Virus record (IMG/VR): IMGVR_UViG_2721755728_000004
Direction: 5' to 3' (one strand)
DNA: 49,782 nt
Origin: a virus
Taxonomy: Duplodnaviria > Heunggongvirae > Uroviricota > Caudoviricetes
Below the pieces are notes generated by a model. The model was not told the DNA's origin, did not search any database, and worked only from the letters and a program-made list of their open reading frames with translations. This document shows, piece by piece, positions 35,200 through 44,527 of this stretch (its first letter is position 1; each line of letters starts with the position of its first letter). The position numbers and the translations under genes are program-made.

Positions 35200-36288
35200 T
35201 TACGCCAGTACGCCAATTGCCAGCGCGCGATCGATAAAACGAAATATCAGCTCCAGTTGGGAGCCATACTTATCTTCAAATGCCACTGTATCCGTATGCA
35301 GCTCGTTGTGATGCTTTCTGCACAAAGGCAACACAAAGAGATCATGTGCTTTTGTTCCCATTCCGCCCTGCCCGTGACCAATCAGATGATGCGGATCGTC
35401 GGCTGGCATACCGCAGCAAGCACACGGCTGTGTCTTAACCCAACGTGTGTATTTCTCCTTAACCCAGCGGCGACGTTTAGGCAGCTTCATGAAAGATTCC
35501 GGAGACTCTGGATCAACGGTGATGCTTACCACCGTCTTTTCCTGTGGTGATTTTTGTTGCTGGTGGGCGTAAGGCAACGGTGCAAGATTTTTTGTGCGTT
35601 GTTTCAATATGCTGGTGGCGGTCTGCTCTCCCGGTACGATGTCGCTTTCGCGGTACACCGAGCAGATTTTTTCCGCTGGTAATCCCAGCGAACGACGCGA
35701 TACAGCCTCAGGTAGTGCATCCACCACCTGATTGCAGACCGCCCACCAGGATAATTCAGCCAAAGATAATTCCCGCTCCTGCGTACCGCTTATTGCGTGA
35801 CGGATGACGTCAATCACCCATGCTGTCAGATTTTGTTGAGCAAGCAGCTCCAGTGATTCCGATGTCTGGTCACGCAGTTGGTTGTCGCAGTGCCAGCACA
35901 ACACCATTGCGCCGGTACCATAACGGTGAATGACTGTTTCAGTGTGATGGTAATCGCCATTAGGCCACTGGCAGGATGTAACATGACGTAATAGCCAGTC
36001 GGACAATGCGCCAACGCCGCCAGCAGCACGAATCACCCGTTCGTTACTAAAAAACGGCAGCAATGTTTTGTCTTCCGCCAGCGGCTGGCGAACGGCAGGA
36101 ACGACTCCGGATGGCAGATTACGCATGCTTTTTGGTTCCGGTTCCACCAGCACTCGAGGATTATGAAATATCTGTATGGATTCACGGCCCGGCTTAAGGA
36201 CCACCAGCCCAAGCTCAGGCACCAGAACAGGTCTAAGTAATACCCGCACGTTACCTCCAGATCCGTTGCTGGAAAGTGCGGGACGCAC
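35200..36288 (-). CDS. DUF968-type prophage protein (YdfU-like), HNH-like Cys/His cluster
   Basis: 362-aa ORF with C-terminal CxxC..HH motifs; true start may be internal. Confidence 0.65.
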   Translation of the reverse strand: MRPALSSNGSGGNVRVLLRPVLVPELGLVVLKPGRESIQIFHNPRVLVEPEPKSMRNLPSGVVPAVRQPLAEDKTLLPFFSNERVIRAAGGVGALSDWLLRHVTSCQWPNGDYHHTETVIHRYGTGAMVLCWHCDNQLRDQTSESLELLAQQNLTAWVIDVIRHAISGTQERELSLAELSWWAVCNQVVDALPEAVSRRSLGLPAEKICSVYRESDIVPGEQTATSILKQRTKNLAPLPYAHQQQKSPQEKTVVSITVDPESPESFMKLPKRRRWVKEKYTRWVKTQPCACCGMPADDPHHLIGHGQGGMGTKAHDLFVLPLCRKHHNELHTDTVAFEDKYGSQLELIFRFIDRALAIGVLA

Positions 36289-36529
36289 GTGGTGGGCGTT
36301 CGGAATAAGGCAGCCTGACAGAGATTATCCAGTGCCGATAGTCGAGACTGAGAGCTTTCTTAACCTCGAACCCGCGCCTGCGGTAAGAATGAATCAGCCA
36401 TTCGGCCTGTTCTGCAGTGCATGGAGGGTGCTGGAACCATTCAGACTTGAATGCGTGAGAATACCGCCCGTGCGTGCAGGCAAGAACGGGCGAATTATCA
36501 GAATTGTAATATTTTGCGTTGCGTGCCAT
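36251..36529 (-). CDS. Hypothetical protein (92 aa)
   Basis: ORF only; overlaps the upstream end of the ydfU-like ORF; no family recognised. Confidence 0.35.
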   Translation of the reverse strand: MARNAKYYNSDNSPVLACTHGRYSHAFKSEWFQHPPCTAEQAEWLIHSYRRRGFEVKKALSLDYRHWIISVRLPYSERPPRASRTFQQRIWR

Positions 36530-36595
36530 CGGTTTTCTCCGGTGGCACGGTGTTACTCAGCGGGAGTTCAGCCCCGCGCAAGATTGTAGATGAGT

Positions 36596-36847
36596 TTATT
36601 CTCCTGAAAAAGCAGAAAAGCCAGCTTTTATTCCGATCTCTTTCAATGCCTGTAATGAAGTGACAAACTCACCTTCGCGCAAGATAAATCCGTCCGTGAC
36701 CCGAGCATCCACAAAATTAATTAACGCAGCCCCATTCTTTCGCAAACACATAATGCGGTAATGACTAACAAGATTTCCATTTTCAACGCACACAGCATAG
36801 AGGCCATCTTCACAAAAAATTTTACGCAGTTCTTCGATGTTCATCAT
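36596..36847 (-). CDS. Small prophage protein (Rem-like)
   Basis: 83 aa, position upstream of relBE-hokD as in Qin; identity from memory. Confidence 0.55.
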   Translation of the reverse strand: MMNIEELRKIFCEDGLYAVCVENGNLVSHYRIMCLRKNGAALINFVDARVTDGFILREGEFVTSLQALKEIGIKAGFSAFSGE

Positions 36848-36963
36848 CAGAATCCTTCCGGATAATTAGCTCTCCCCTTTAAGGGACCATCCCTCTTATC
36901 CCTGCGCGCTACTTAAGTATTTTTGATTCTATTCCGGCACCGTCCAGAACTTCAAACGCGTTG

Positions 36964-36994
36964 AAAATAAAAACAAAAACCCGCCGAAGCGGGT
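36964..36994 (-). terminator. Rho-independent terminator after hokD (end of relBE-hokD operon)
   Basis: Hairpin acccgccgaagcgggt followed by a T-run on the minus strand. Confidence 0.6.
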
Positions 36995-37063
36995 TAAGTG
37001 CGGGTGCGTTGAGGATGCCTGCCACATCAGAGGTGGCGAGGGATTTCTCCCCCGCCGGGTCTC

Positions 37064-37219
37064 TTACTCCTCAGGTTCGTAAGCTGTGAAGACAGCGACC
37101 TCCGTCTGGCCGGTTCGGATTCGTACCTCGCAGAGGTCTTTCCTCGTTACCAGTGCCGTCACTATGACGGTTAAACAGATGACGATCAGGGCGATTAACA
37201 TCGCCTTTTGCTGCTTCAT
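37064..37219 (-). CDS. hokD: Hok-family membrane toxin (HokD/RelF)
   Basis: 51-aa ORF below the track cutoff, found by hand: MKQQKAMLIALIVICLTVIVTALVTRKDLCEVRIRTGQTEVAVFTAYEPEE. Confidence 0.85.
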   Translation of the reverse strand: MKQQKAMLIALIVICLTVIVTALVTRKDLCEVRIRTGQTEVAVFTAYEPEE

Positions 37220-37290
37220 AGCCTGCTTCTCCTGTCAACGCAAAGCAGAAGTGTCACCTTCGGTGCGAAACAGAGATGTCATGCTTTGGT

Positions 37291-37578
37291 TCAGAGAATG
37301 CGTTTGACCGCCTCGCTATATACTTCCGAGCGTTCTCTTTTCCCAACAGAAATCACGAAAACGACAACTTTCTCGTCTATAACCTGGTATACAAGGCGAT
37401 AGCCTGAAGACCGGAGCTTAATCTTGTAACAATCAGGCATACCACGGAGCTTGTTTGCTTCAATCCGGGGTGACTCAAGTACTTCAACCAGCTTCTTTTT
37501 CAACTGTTCACGTACCGTCGAGCCCAGCTTTCGCCATTCCTTTAGTGCCCGCTCGTCAAAATCCAGAAAATACGCCAT
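37291..37578 (-). CDS. relE: mRNA interferase toxin RelE
   Basis: 95 aa, MAYFLDFDERALKEWRKL.. Confidence 0.9.
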   Translation of the reverse strand: MAYFLDFDERALKEWRKLGSTVREQLKKKLVEVLESPRIEANKLRGMPDCYKIKLRSSGYRLVYQVIDEKVVVFVISVGKRERSEVYSEAVKRIL

Positions 37579-37817
37579 CAGAGTTCATCCAGCGTCACAC
37601 GTACTGGCTTAGGATTACGAAGCCGTTCTTTCACTATCTCCACAAGTTCAGCATCTTCATCACTCAGGAGTGTCTGTTTGAACGGCAAGCGTTCATTGTC
37701 AGCGATATACTCGAGCATGAGACGAAGCGCTTCAGAAGGAGTTACACCCATTTTTTCAAGCGCGGCGTAAGAACGCGCTTTAAGTTCATCGTCAATACGC
37801 AGGTTAATGCTACCCAT
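37578..37817 (-). CDS. relB: Antitoxin RelB
   Basis: 79 aa, MGSINLRIDDELKARSY..; stop overlaps the relE start. Confidence 0.9.
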   Translation of the reverse strand: MGSINLRIDDELKARSYAALEKMGVTPSEALRLMLEYIADNERLPFKQTLLSDEDAELVEIVKERLRNPKPVRVTLDEL

Positions 37818-37828
37818 GTCTTACACCT

Positions 37829-37854
37829 CTTGTAATTACAAATGTCATTACAAG
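37829..37854 (-). promoter_or_regulatory. relBE operator/promoter region (TTGTAAT palindromic repeats)
   Basis: cttgtaattacaaatgtcattacaag lies immediately upstream of the relB ATG and contains the perfect palindrome ttgtaattacaa. Confidence 0.5.
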
Positions 37855-38299
37855 TATCGCACTACAACATGCTTAGGGCAAGTCACGAAGGAAGTCAGAA
37901 AGTAGTCGTAAGAACGGTGATCACTGTCCGCTTTGTGCCAGGAGCAGCCATTGCTAAGTCCATCCTGTATTGTGCAGGTCAGCTCGCTTTTAAAGAGTCC
38001 GGCCATCATCTTACTGGTACAGACACCATATACTTTGTGACGGTCAGGCTACATATGCACAACTCAACTTATTCATCTATTTTTTGCTTTAGCATGTCAG
38101 TGTTGCTTTCTCGTCGGCGGGTGAGCGGTGACCTGACCTGTCGATAAAGGAACGTAGCACGTTTTATGCAACACCCGCATGCGGCAGAAAATTATTGCCG
38201 AACGTTTACCCCTGTCAACAAGCTTTACTTTCTGAGGCGCGCCAGCCCGCGAGGAAAACAATCTGAACATCAAACAATTAATGACACAAGAAATACGAT

Positions 38300-38326
38300 T
38301 AAAGATTTTTTTGTGCATGCCGATAG
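38300..38326 (+). promoter_or_regulatory. Sigma-28 (FliA) class 3 promoter for flxA
   Basis: TAAAGATT-N11-GCCGATAG, close to consensus TAAAGTTT-N11-GCCGATAA, 24 nt upstream of the flxA ATG. Confidence 0.6.
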
Positions 38327-38349
38327 TGCTTTTTTAAAAGGAGAAATCT

Positions 38350-38682
38350 ATGTCTGTCACAATTCAGGGAAATACCTCAACCGTTATTTCAAACAACTCC
38401 GCCCCGGAAGGAACATCAGAAATAGCCAAAATCACAAGACAAATTCAGGTGCTGACTGAAAAGCTTGGGAAAATCTCATCGGAAGAGGGGATGACGACAC
38501 AGCAGAAAAAAGAAATGGCTGCATTGGTACAGAAGCAAATTGAAAGCCTCAGGGCTCAACTGGAGCAGTTGTTAAGGCAGCAGGCAGAGAAAAAGAATAA
38601 AGACGCGACAGTTCAGCCTGATAAAAAAGAAGAGAAAAAAGACGATACAAATACCGCTGGCACCATTGATATTTACGTCTAA
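38350..38682 (+). CDS. flxA: FliA-regulated protein FlxA
   Basis: 110 aa, MSVTIQGNTSTVISNNSAPEG..; RBS AAAGGAG. Confidence 0.85.
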   Translation: MSVTIQGNTSTVISNNSAPEGTSEIAKITRQIQVLTEKLGKISSEEGMTTQQKKEMAALVQKQIESLRAQLEQLLRQQAEKKNKDATVQPDKKEEKKDDTNTAGTIDIYV

Positions 38683-38696
38683 GTGACAGCCGTATT

Positions 38697-38720
38697 GTGG
38701 CCCTCATCGGGCCACTTTTC
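38697..38720 (+). terminator. Rho-independent terminator of flxA
   Basis: Hairpin gtggccc-tcatc-gggccac followed by TTTT. Confidence 0.6.
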
Positions 38721-38898
38721 GCCATCAGCCTTTTCTTTAAAGACATATTATCTTTGTATCATTTCTGATAGTTAACATTACAAGATATAAGTAATGGACG
38801 CACTCCCAATTAGTCTATTTAAATCGCCACGAGTTTAACTGACAACCCATGATCAATTATGAATTGCAACTATTTCTGTAGTCACTTTTGTGGGGACA

Positions 38899-40482
38899 GT
38901 CCACAAAACTGCCAACTTCCGCTTCTTGCTCTTAGCGGACATTAGCATAGGCTATTTACCATAACGCCTCATTACGCGCACCGCCCAGACTGACTCAGCG
39001 CGTTTCTGGCATATCCCCGGTAAAACAAGTAACAAACCACCCGAAAATGAACACCAGAAACGCGACTTAAGAATCTACCCTATGAATGGATATGCACTCA
39101 ACCGAATCGATCTTGGTTTCAATCTATTTTATCGGGATCAGGCTTCTTTTTAGGTAACTTCGGGGGCTTAACTTGCTGATGACTTTGCGTTCGGCGCGTA
39201 GGCCAGGGATGGTCAGCTTTAGATTTAACATAGTATTTTGAGCGTAAATCAATACGGGCATTATCCACTCGTTCATGGACACTCTTTTCATCATCCAGTG
39301 GTATAGGCTCCGGGCCATCAACATACTTTTCCCAGCCCAGCGCTTTCCCGTCATACAGAACGTTAATTTCACCGTCAAAGTTCTCACATACAGTAACAAC
39401 CGAATGCCTAAGTCGATATCCCCGGCCCTCACTGCGTACCTGAAACGCACTGCTTTTGTACTGGAAAGTGAGATTTTTAGACAGAACGCGCTTCGCCTGT
39501 AGGCTGAAGATATAACCCAGTTCCTCTTCAGAATGGTGCACATCAAGATGAGCATTATCAGTAGTACGAGGCGACGTAGCGAACCGGTTGTTATAGGCTT
39601 CAATAAAGGTCGGCAACCATGCATTTGCTGTTTCAATATCACTGATATTCTGAAGCCACATTTCTTTGACCAGCCTGTCCTGTAGTGTCTGATTGGCGCG
39701 CTCTACCCGCCCTTTTGCCTGCGGGCTGTTGGCATGGATTGGCTCGATGCCCAGTGTCTTTATCGCACGAGTGAACTGGGTCAGCTCACCTTCCCGCTCT
39801 GGGTTATTTACCCTGAATATACTGTGTCTATCAGAGTAGAGAGCGAGCGGTACGCCATGATCATTAAGGTAACCCCGGAGGGTTTCCATGTAAGCCCGGG
39901 TTGTTTCAGCAGGCACAAAACGCAACGCCATCAACGCACTGGTGGCATCATCAATGAAAACGATCAGTGTACATCTGGGGCCTCGATTTTCAAACCAGTC
40001 ATGAGGTGAGCCATCAATCTGGATCAGTTCACCGTAAGATGGTCGTCGCATGCGGCGTTGATATATACGGGCAATTTTACGACGGCGTTCACGCCATAAC
40101 CCCTCTTCTATCATCCACTTTCTGAGAGTTTCAACGGATAAAGATAAACCGTGTATCTCGCGCAATTTTTCGCACGCAAACGTAGGTCCAAAATCAGCGT
40201 AACGGCCTTTGAGGAGTGAAATTACTGTTGCTCTGAATTCAGTAGAAAAGGAATTATTAGGACGCTTTCCACGTCGGTGGGAAACCAGACCAGAAGGCCC
40301 TTCATTTCTATACCGTTGCACCAGACGTTTAACCTGCCGAATAGAAATGCCAATGCGTGCCGCAGCTTGTTCCTGAGTAATATGTCGATTAATTGACTCC
40401 TGAATAATCTGAAGTCGGTGGAGTTCCTTATGACTCATCGTAACAGTCTCTTTGATCATGAAAAATCCCCCAGAGAATTGTC
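38899..40482. mobile_element. Putative insertion sequence, about 1.58 kb, carrying one DDE transposase
   Basis: Bracketed by identical 8-bp direct repeats TGGGGACA (38891..38898 and 40483..40490) that may be a target-site duplication. Terminal inverted repeats could not be identified, so boundaries are tentative. Confidence 0.4.
39119..40459 (-). CDS. DDE transposase with integrase-core (rve) domain and N-terminal HTH (IS481/ISNCY-like)
   Basis: 446 aa; HTH N-terminus, then D (QIDGSPH), D (YSDRHS) and E (GRVERANQ) spaced like retroviral-integrase-type transposases. Confidence 0.7.
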   Translation of the reverse strand: MIKETVTMSHKELHRLQIIQESINRHITQEQAAARIGISIRQVKRLVQRYRNEGPSGLVSHRRGKRPNNSFSTEFRATVISLLKGRYADFGPTFACEKLREIHGLSLSVETLRKWMIEEGLWRERRRKIARIYQRRMRRPSYGELIQIDGSPHDWFENRGPRCTLIVFIDDATSALMALRFVPAETTRAYMETLRGYLNDHGVPLALYSDRHSIFRVNNPEREGELTQFTRAIKTLGIEPIHANSPQAKGRVERANQTLQDRLVKEMWLQNISDIETANAWLPTFIEAYNNRFATSPRTTDNAHLDVHHSEEELGYIFSLQAKRVLSKNLTFQYKSSAFQVRSEGRGYRLRHSVVTVCENFDGEINVLYDGKALGWEKYVDGPEPIPLDDEKSVHERVDNARIDLRSKYYVKSKADHPWPTRRTQSHQQVKPPKLPKKKPDPDKID

Positions 40483-40492
40483 TGGGGACATT

Positions 40493-40912
40493 TTAGAATG
40501 GTTCAAAGGGGACATTACAGCTTGATGTTAACAATAGCCTGCTTCTCCTTGCCTTCCGGCACTCGCGACAGATTATGTTTAGACGACTGTCGTAGCGACG
40601 TATTTCTCCGTCAGGTAATGACCAGATAAGGTCCGGATCAACCACAGCAGGTTTCTTCACCTTTGCCCTCGAGAGTTTTTTGCGGGCGTTTTGCCAGTCC
40701 TTACGCGCCTGTTCAGACGGGAATAACCCGTAACCAGAGCTGTATACATCGCCACTGGCAACCAGCTCTCTGGCCAGAACGCTCATCAGATATCTTGTTG
40801 CCCCAGTTTTAGCTTCCAGTTGTCGTAACGTCTCGCGCCCACTCTGGCGTACGAGTTCCACCACCTGCCCTTTAATTTTTTCCCGCTCTTCTTGTGTAAA
40901 AACTTTTGCCAC
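40493..40912 (-). CDS. Hypothetical early-region protein (139 aa)
   Basis: ORF ending 3 nt outside the putative IS; basic C-terminus; no family recognised. Confidence 0.45.
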   Translation of the reverse strand: MAKVFTQEEREKIKGQVVELVRQSGRETLRQLEAKTGATRYLMSVLARELVASGDVYSSGYGLFPSEQARKDWQNARKKLSRAKVKKPAVVDPDLIWSLPDGEIRRYDSRLNIICRECRKARRSRLLLTSSCNVPFEPF

Positions 40913-40952
40913 AAGTCCTCCTGAACATTACTTTATACCCTAAAATCAACAC

Positions 40953-41972
40953 TTATCCCCTGAAACCAGGCGGAATTTCTGTATCCGGTTCAGAAATATG
41001 ATTCACACAACGCTTTACAGGTGAACGTCCCAGGCGGATGACCAGTTCGTCCCATTTTTCGCGGAGTTTTGACGGGCTCATGATGTTTTTTACCCAGAAT
41101 TGATCTCGCTGTACCCGACCAAACATTTCGCAAATTTGTCTGTGGCTTCTGCCATCCAGCATCCGCATTGTGCGCACGTCATTGGCCCAGGCTGTCCAGT
41201 TAGGCTCTTTTGGTCGCATGATCTCTCCATCGTCGCTGGCAGCCTGTTCGTAAAGGTTCACGATCCGCCCCCAAATCCACTGCGCACACGCCAAATCCTC
41301 CCTGCTACCCCACTGGCGTTTTTTCGCACTAAACACAACCGCGTCGGGGTTCCGGGTTAAAAAATCCTGTTCAGCGGTCTGCGGGTCCGGTTGCGAAGCT
41401 TCCGGACGAAAAGTGTTTTTATTCTCTGTAGTAATCTCTGTTGTATTCTCTGTAAGATCATCAGGCCATTTTGACCCGATGACATTGGGTCGTTTTGAAC
41501 CAATGGAGCGTTTCATTTTGACCTCTTCCATCGTGTCATTTTGACCTGATGGAGCGGCGCATTTTAAACCGATGGATTCGCTCAATTTGCCACCATCTAA
41601 AAGCTCGCTCCCGTAGTTGATCGTGTAGAAATTGGTCATATCGCGCTTTGATTTATTGAGCTTTTCACAACGCAAAAGCCCCAGCGTTTTCAGACTTGCA
41701 AACGCGCGCTTTAACGTTGACTCTGACCAGAATGGGAACTGTTCCAGCCATTGTTCCGTTGTGTTGTAAATCCAGCGAACACCATCACATTCCATGCCGG
41801 AATTGGTATCTCTCAACCAGTAATGCAACTGCTGCAACACAATGGCTTCATTTAAGCCAATCTTCATCGCAAGCTGTGTGTTTATAACCAGTGGGCGTTC
41901 AGCAAAAAGAAGGCTCATAATTCCATCCAGCTTTTTGTTGGTATTGCTGTCGATACGCAAGTTTGAAAGCAA
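40953..41972 (-). CDS. Phage replication initiation protein (O-like replisome organiser)
   Basis: N-terminal region resembles phage replisome-organiser domains; downstream of the Cro-like gene in the rightward early operon. Confidence 0.55.
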   Translation of the reverse strand: MLSNLRIDSNTNKKLDGIMSLLFAERPLVINTQLAMKIGLNEAIVLQQLHYWLRDTNSGMECDGVRWIYNTTEQWLEQFPFWSESTLKRAFASLKTLGLLRCEKLNKSKRDMTNFYTINYGSELLDGGKLSESIGLKCAAPSGQNDTMEEVKMKRSIGSKRPNVIGSKWPDDLTENTTEITTENKNTFRPEASQPDPQTAEQDFLTRNPDAVVFSAKKRQWGSREDLACAQWIWGRIVNLYEQAASDDGEIMRPKEPNWTAWANDVRTMRMLDGRSHRQICEMFGRVQRDQFWVKNIMSPSKLREKWDELVIRLGRSPVKRCVNHISEPDTEIPPGFRG

Positions 41973-42420
41973 TTGCTTTTTCTATAAGTTCGTCAGTTTC
42001 ACGATCCACTACGGCAGGATCAGCAAAAAGCAGTCCGGACTCCACCACATCGCCATATTCTTTGTTTAACCCGGCGATCATGTACGTGATGCTTTTTCCG
42101 TCACTAATTTCACGATACAACCTGAAATCATTAATCCGAATAGCCTCCATAATTGCAGGCACTAGCGCCGTGAACTTTTCACGCTTATCCCTGGTGTCGA
42201 TAGCCTTCCAGCGTTCGAATATCTTCACTCGATTAACGCCAAGTGCTCGCTGATCAACCGCGCCACCTTCATCTGTGACACGCTGAACATCGATGTTCGG
42301 GCGCTCTTTCAAAGCCCAGAATGCTTCAGTGATTAATATCGTCGCCTGCTCCTGTGTCATTCCTGGTCGACATATCCAGGCATCCAGAGCCTCACGAGCC
42401 TGTTCAGGAGTGATTTTCAT
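41899..42420 (-). CDS. Hypothetical early protein (possibly YdaT-like)
   Basis: 173 aa directly downstream of the Cro-like gene, the position YdaT-family proteins occupy in Rac-like prophages; no sequence-level confirmation. Confidence 0.4.
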   Translation of the reverse strand: MKITPEQAREALDAWICRPGMTQEQATILITEAFWALKERPNIDVQRVTDEGGAVDQRALGVNRVKIFERWKAIDTRDKREKFTALVPAIMEAIRINDFRLYREISDGKSITYMIAGLNKEYGDVVESGLLFADPAVVDRETDELIEKAIAFKLAYRQQYQQKAGWNYEPSFC

Positions 42421-42631
42421 TGTTCAACCGCCCCGCCCGCTTCGTCTTACGATATTCGTCATAAACCTTGGGATCATACAGAAGCTCGCCGCCAGATGCC
42501 TCCTGTAGACGCATCGCGCGACCTTCAGGAACCAGCTCTTGCCATTGAGAAACAGCAGATGGGTCAACGCCAGCAGCTTTCGCTACTTTGGCTTTCGTAC
42601 CGTAAAAATTAATTACGTCTGATTTAAACAT
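42404..42631 (-). CDS. Cro-like HTH regulator (DicC/YdaS-like)
   Basis: 75 aa from MFKSDVINFYG.., divergent from the DicA-like repressor. Confidence 0.7.
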   Translation of the reverse strand: MFKSDVINFYGTKAKVAKAAGVDPSAVSQWQELVPEGRAMRLQEASGGELLYDPKVYDEYRKTKRAGRLNNENHS

Positions 42632-42708
42632 CGCACCTCCAATATTGAGTTTTCTCAATGCTAATCACTCAAGGAATCTCAAGTCAAGGGTTATTAAGAT
42701 ATCTAAAT

Positions 42709-43116
42709 ATGAACGAGAAAACTTTAGGTCAACGCATTAGAGAAAGACGTAAGCAGGTAGGCTTAAGTCAAAACGGTTTAAGCAAAGCTGCTGGCGTATC
42801 TGGCTCATCAATTTCATTATGGGAAAGTGACCATACAGCCCCGCGCGGGCAAAATTTGCATCGCCTCGCCGAGGTATTGCAATGTTCACCAACTTGGATA
42901 CTGTTTGGCGACGAGGACAAAACACCAGCTCCCCCTGTTTCACTCGATAGTGCCTTAGACTTATCGGAAGATGAGTTAGAGATGCTGCGTTTGTATCGCG
43001 CACTTCCTAAATCAGAGCAACAAGCACAACTCAGCGAACTCCGCGCCCGCGTTGAGAATTTTAATCGCCTGTTCACCGAGCTATTAGAGGCTCGCAAACG
43101 CAACAAGCATCAATAA
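42709..43116 (+). CDS. dicA: XRE-family repressor DicA
   Basis: 135 aa; HTH and the conserved stretch LQCSPTWILFGDEDK match DicA as I recall it. Confidence 0.85.
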   Translation: MNEKTLGQRIRERRKQVGLSQNGLSKAAGVSGSSISLWESDHTAPRGQNLHRLAEVLQCSPTWILFGDEDKTPAPPVSLDSALDLSEDELEMLRLYRALPKSEQQAQLSELRARVENFNRLFTELLEARKRNKHQ

Positions 43117-43308
43117 TCATCCCTTCACAAAATTTTAAAGCCTTACATTTCAATGTATTGGCTTTATCTTGCGCCAACACTTGAGTTTTCTAATCAAAAA
43201 ACCTTGACGAAAAATAATGAGAAAACTAAATTACCTCCATCAAGACACCGCACGGTGTTCTCAGCAAACAGTTCCGCTACCCCGGCGTTAAGGGGAAATG
43301 AGGTCAGC

Positions 43309-43464
43309 ATGGATACTATCGATCTTGGCAACAGCGAATCTCTGGTATGTGGCGTGTTCCCCAACCAGGACGGCACGTTCACCGCGATGACGTATACCAA
43401 AAGCAAAACGTTTAAAACCGAAAATGGTGCCCGTCGCTGGCTGGAAAGAAACTCAGGTGAGTGA
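43309..43464 (+). CDS. ydfA: Small protein YdfA (DUF1391)
   Basis: 51 aa, MDTIDLGNSESLVCGVFPNQDGTFTAMTYTKSKTFKTENGARRWLERNSGE; RBS GAGG. Confidence 0.75.
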   Translation: MDTIDLGNSESLVCGVFPNQDGTFTAMTYTKSKTFKTENGARRWLERNSGE

Positions 43465-43465
43465 T

Positions 43466-44041
43466 ATGGATTTCGACACAATCATGGAAAAGGCTTACGA
43501 AGAATACTTCGAAGGCCTTGCCGAAGGCGAAGAAGCTCTCAGCTTCAGTGAGTTTAAACAGGCACTCAGAATAAGAATGTGCTCTCACAATGACGCGGAG
43601 CACAAATATGAGAAGCAAAATCAGACCGCAGAAAATTTTGTTCTGGAACCCGGAGAAACGCTTTTCAAAATTCCCGTTACGTGCCCCATTTGCGGTTTTA
43701 CATCAGAAGAACTTGACGACTCCTGTAACAATCAGGAAACAACCAAGTATGTCGAAGATGATACCGAGTGCGCACGAAGAACGATTATATCCACGAGTCC
43801 AAACTCCAGGACCAATAAATCTCACTATGAGAGGGTGATTAATCCACTCCCCCAAACCAATAAAAAAGATGCCGGAGGACAAAAAACCCAATGGAACAAC
43901 GGGATATCTGTCAAAAAAAGACGTTCCATTAAAGACAAACAACGCAGCGCCAACAACTGTAAGAGCTTTATACCAGTAATCAATTTTCATGTTCTTAAGC
44001 GGATTTATTGGTGGTTGCGACATTGCTTAATGAATCCTTAA
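43466..44041 (+). CDS. Hypothetical protein covering the YdfB/YdfC region as one 191-aa frame
   Basis: Starts MDFDTIMEKAYEEYFEG.. right after ydfA and contains a CPICGF motif; K-12 annotates two short genes here, from memory. Confidence 0.5.
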   Translation: MDFDTIMEKAYEEYFEGLAEGEEALSFSEFKQALRIRMCSHNDAEHKYEKQNQTAENFVLEPGETLFKIPVTCPICGFTSEELDDSCNNQETTKYVEDDTECARRTIISTSPNSRTNKSHYERVINPLPQTNKKDAGGQKTQWNNGISVKKRRSIKDKQRSANNCKSFIPVINFHVLKRIYWWLRHCLMNP

Positions 44042-44300
44042 AACTGTGGTGATTTTAAGGATACCACCTCGCCTGACGTGGTTAAAAGCAGGCACACAAC
44101 ACGAAAGCGCACGGCGAAGTTCGTCTCACTGTACGGTGTCGTTAAATTTAATTCGACCGTGCGCTTCCGGTTGTGGCAACCCGCAAAATGGCGCGGCGGT
44201 AAGTATGGCGGGGTTATTCCTTCCCCGTTGAGGACACCGGGTTGTCAGGTTGACCATACGCTTAAGTGACAACCCCGCTGCAACGCCCTCTGTTATCAAT

Positions 44301-44358
44301 TTTCTGGTGACGTTTGGCGGTATCAGTTTTACTCCGTGACTGCTCTGCCGCCCTTTTT
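44301..44358 (+). ncRNA. dicF: DicF small regulatory RNA
   Basis: tttctggtgacgtttggcggtatcagttttactccgtgactgctctgccgcccttttt matches the DicF sequence as recalled, including the terminal hairpin and U-run; lies between ydfC-like and dicB. Confidence 0.8.
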
Positions 44359-44527
44359 AAAGTGAATTTTGTGATGCGGTGAATACGGCTAAGCGCACGC
44401 GGAACAGTTAAAACCAAAAACAGTGTTATGGGTGGATTCTCTGTATCCGACGTTAATTGTTAACTGGTTAACGTCACCTGGAGGCACCAGGCACTGCATC
44501 ACAAAATTCATTGTTGAGGACGCGATA

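Noticed and set aside
37220-37330. Possible sok/mok antisense regulatory elements for hokD
   Set aside because: hokD here directly follows relE as a third cistron and I found no convincing divergent promoter or antisense RNA.
37842-38147. 101-aa plus-strand ORF between relB and flxA (same size and position as the K-12 ydfV annotation I recall)
   Set aside because: No RBS, odd composition, and it overlaps the relBE promoter region; probably not a real protein, though I cannot exclude it.
38850-40520. Terminal inverted repeats for the IS-like element
   Set aside because: Each end has its own small palindrome (ggac-a-gtcc on the left, ccccaga..tctgggg on the right) but the two ends do not match each other as inverted repeats, so element ends are left tentative.
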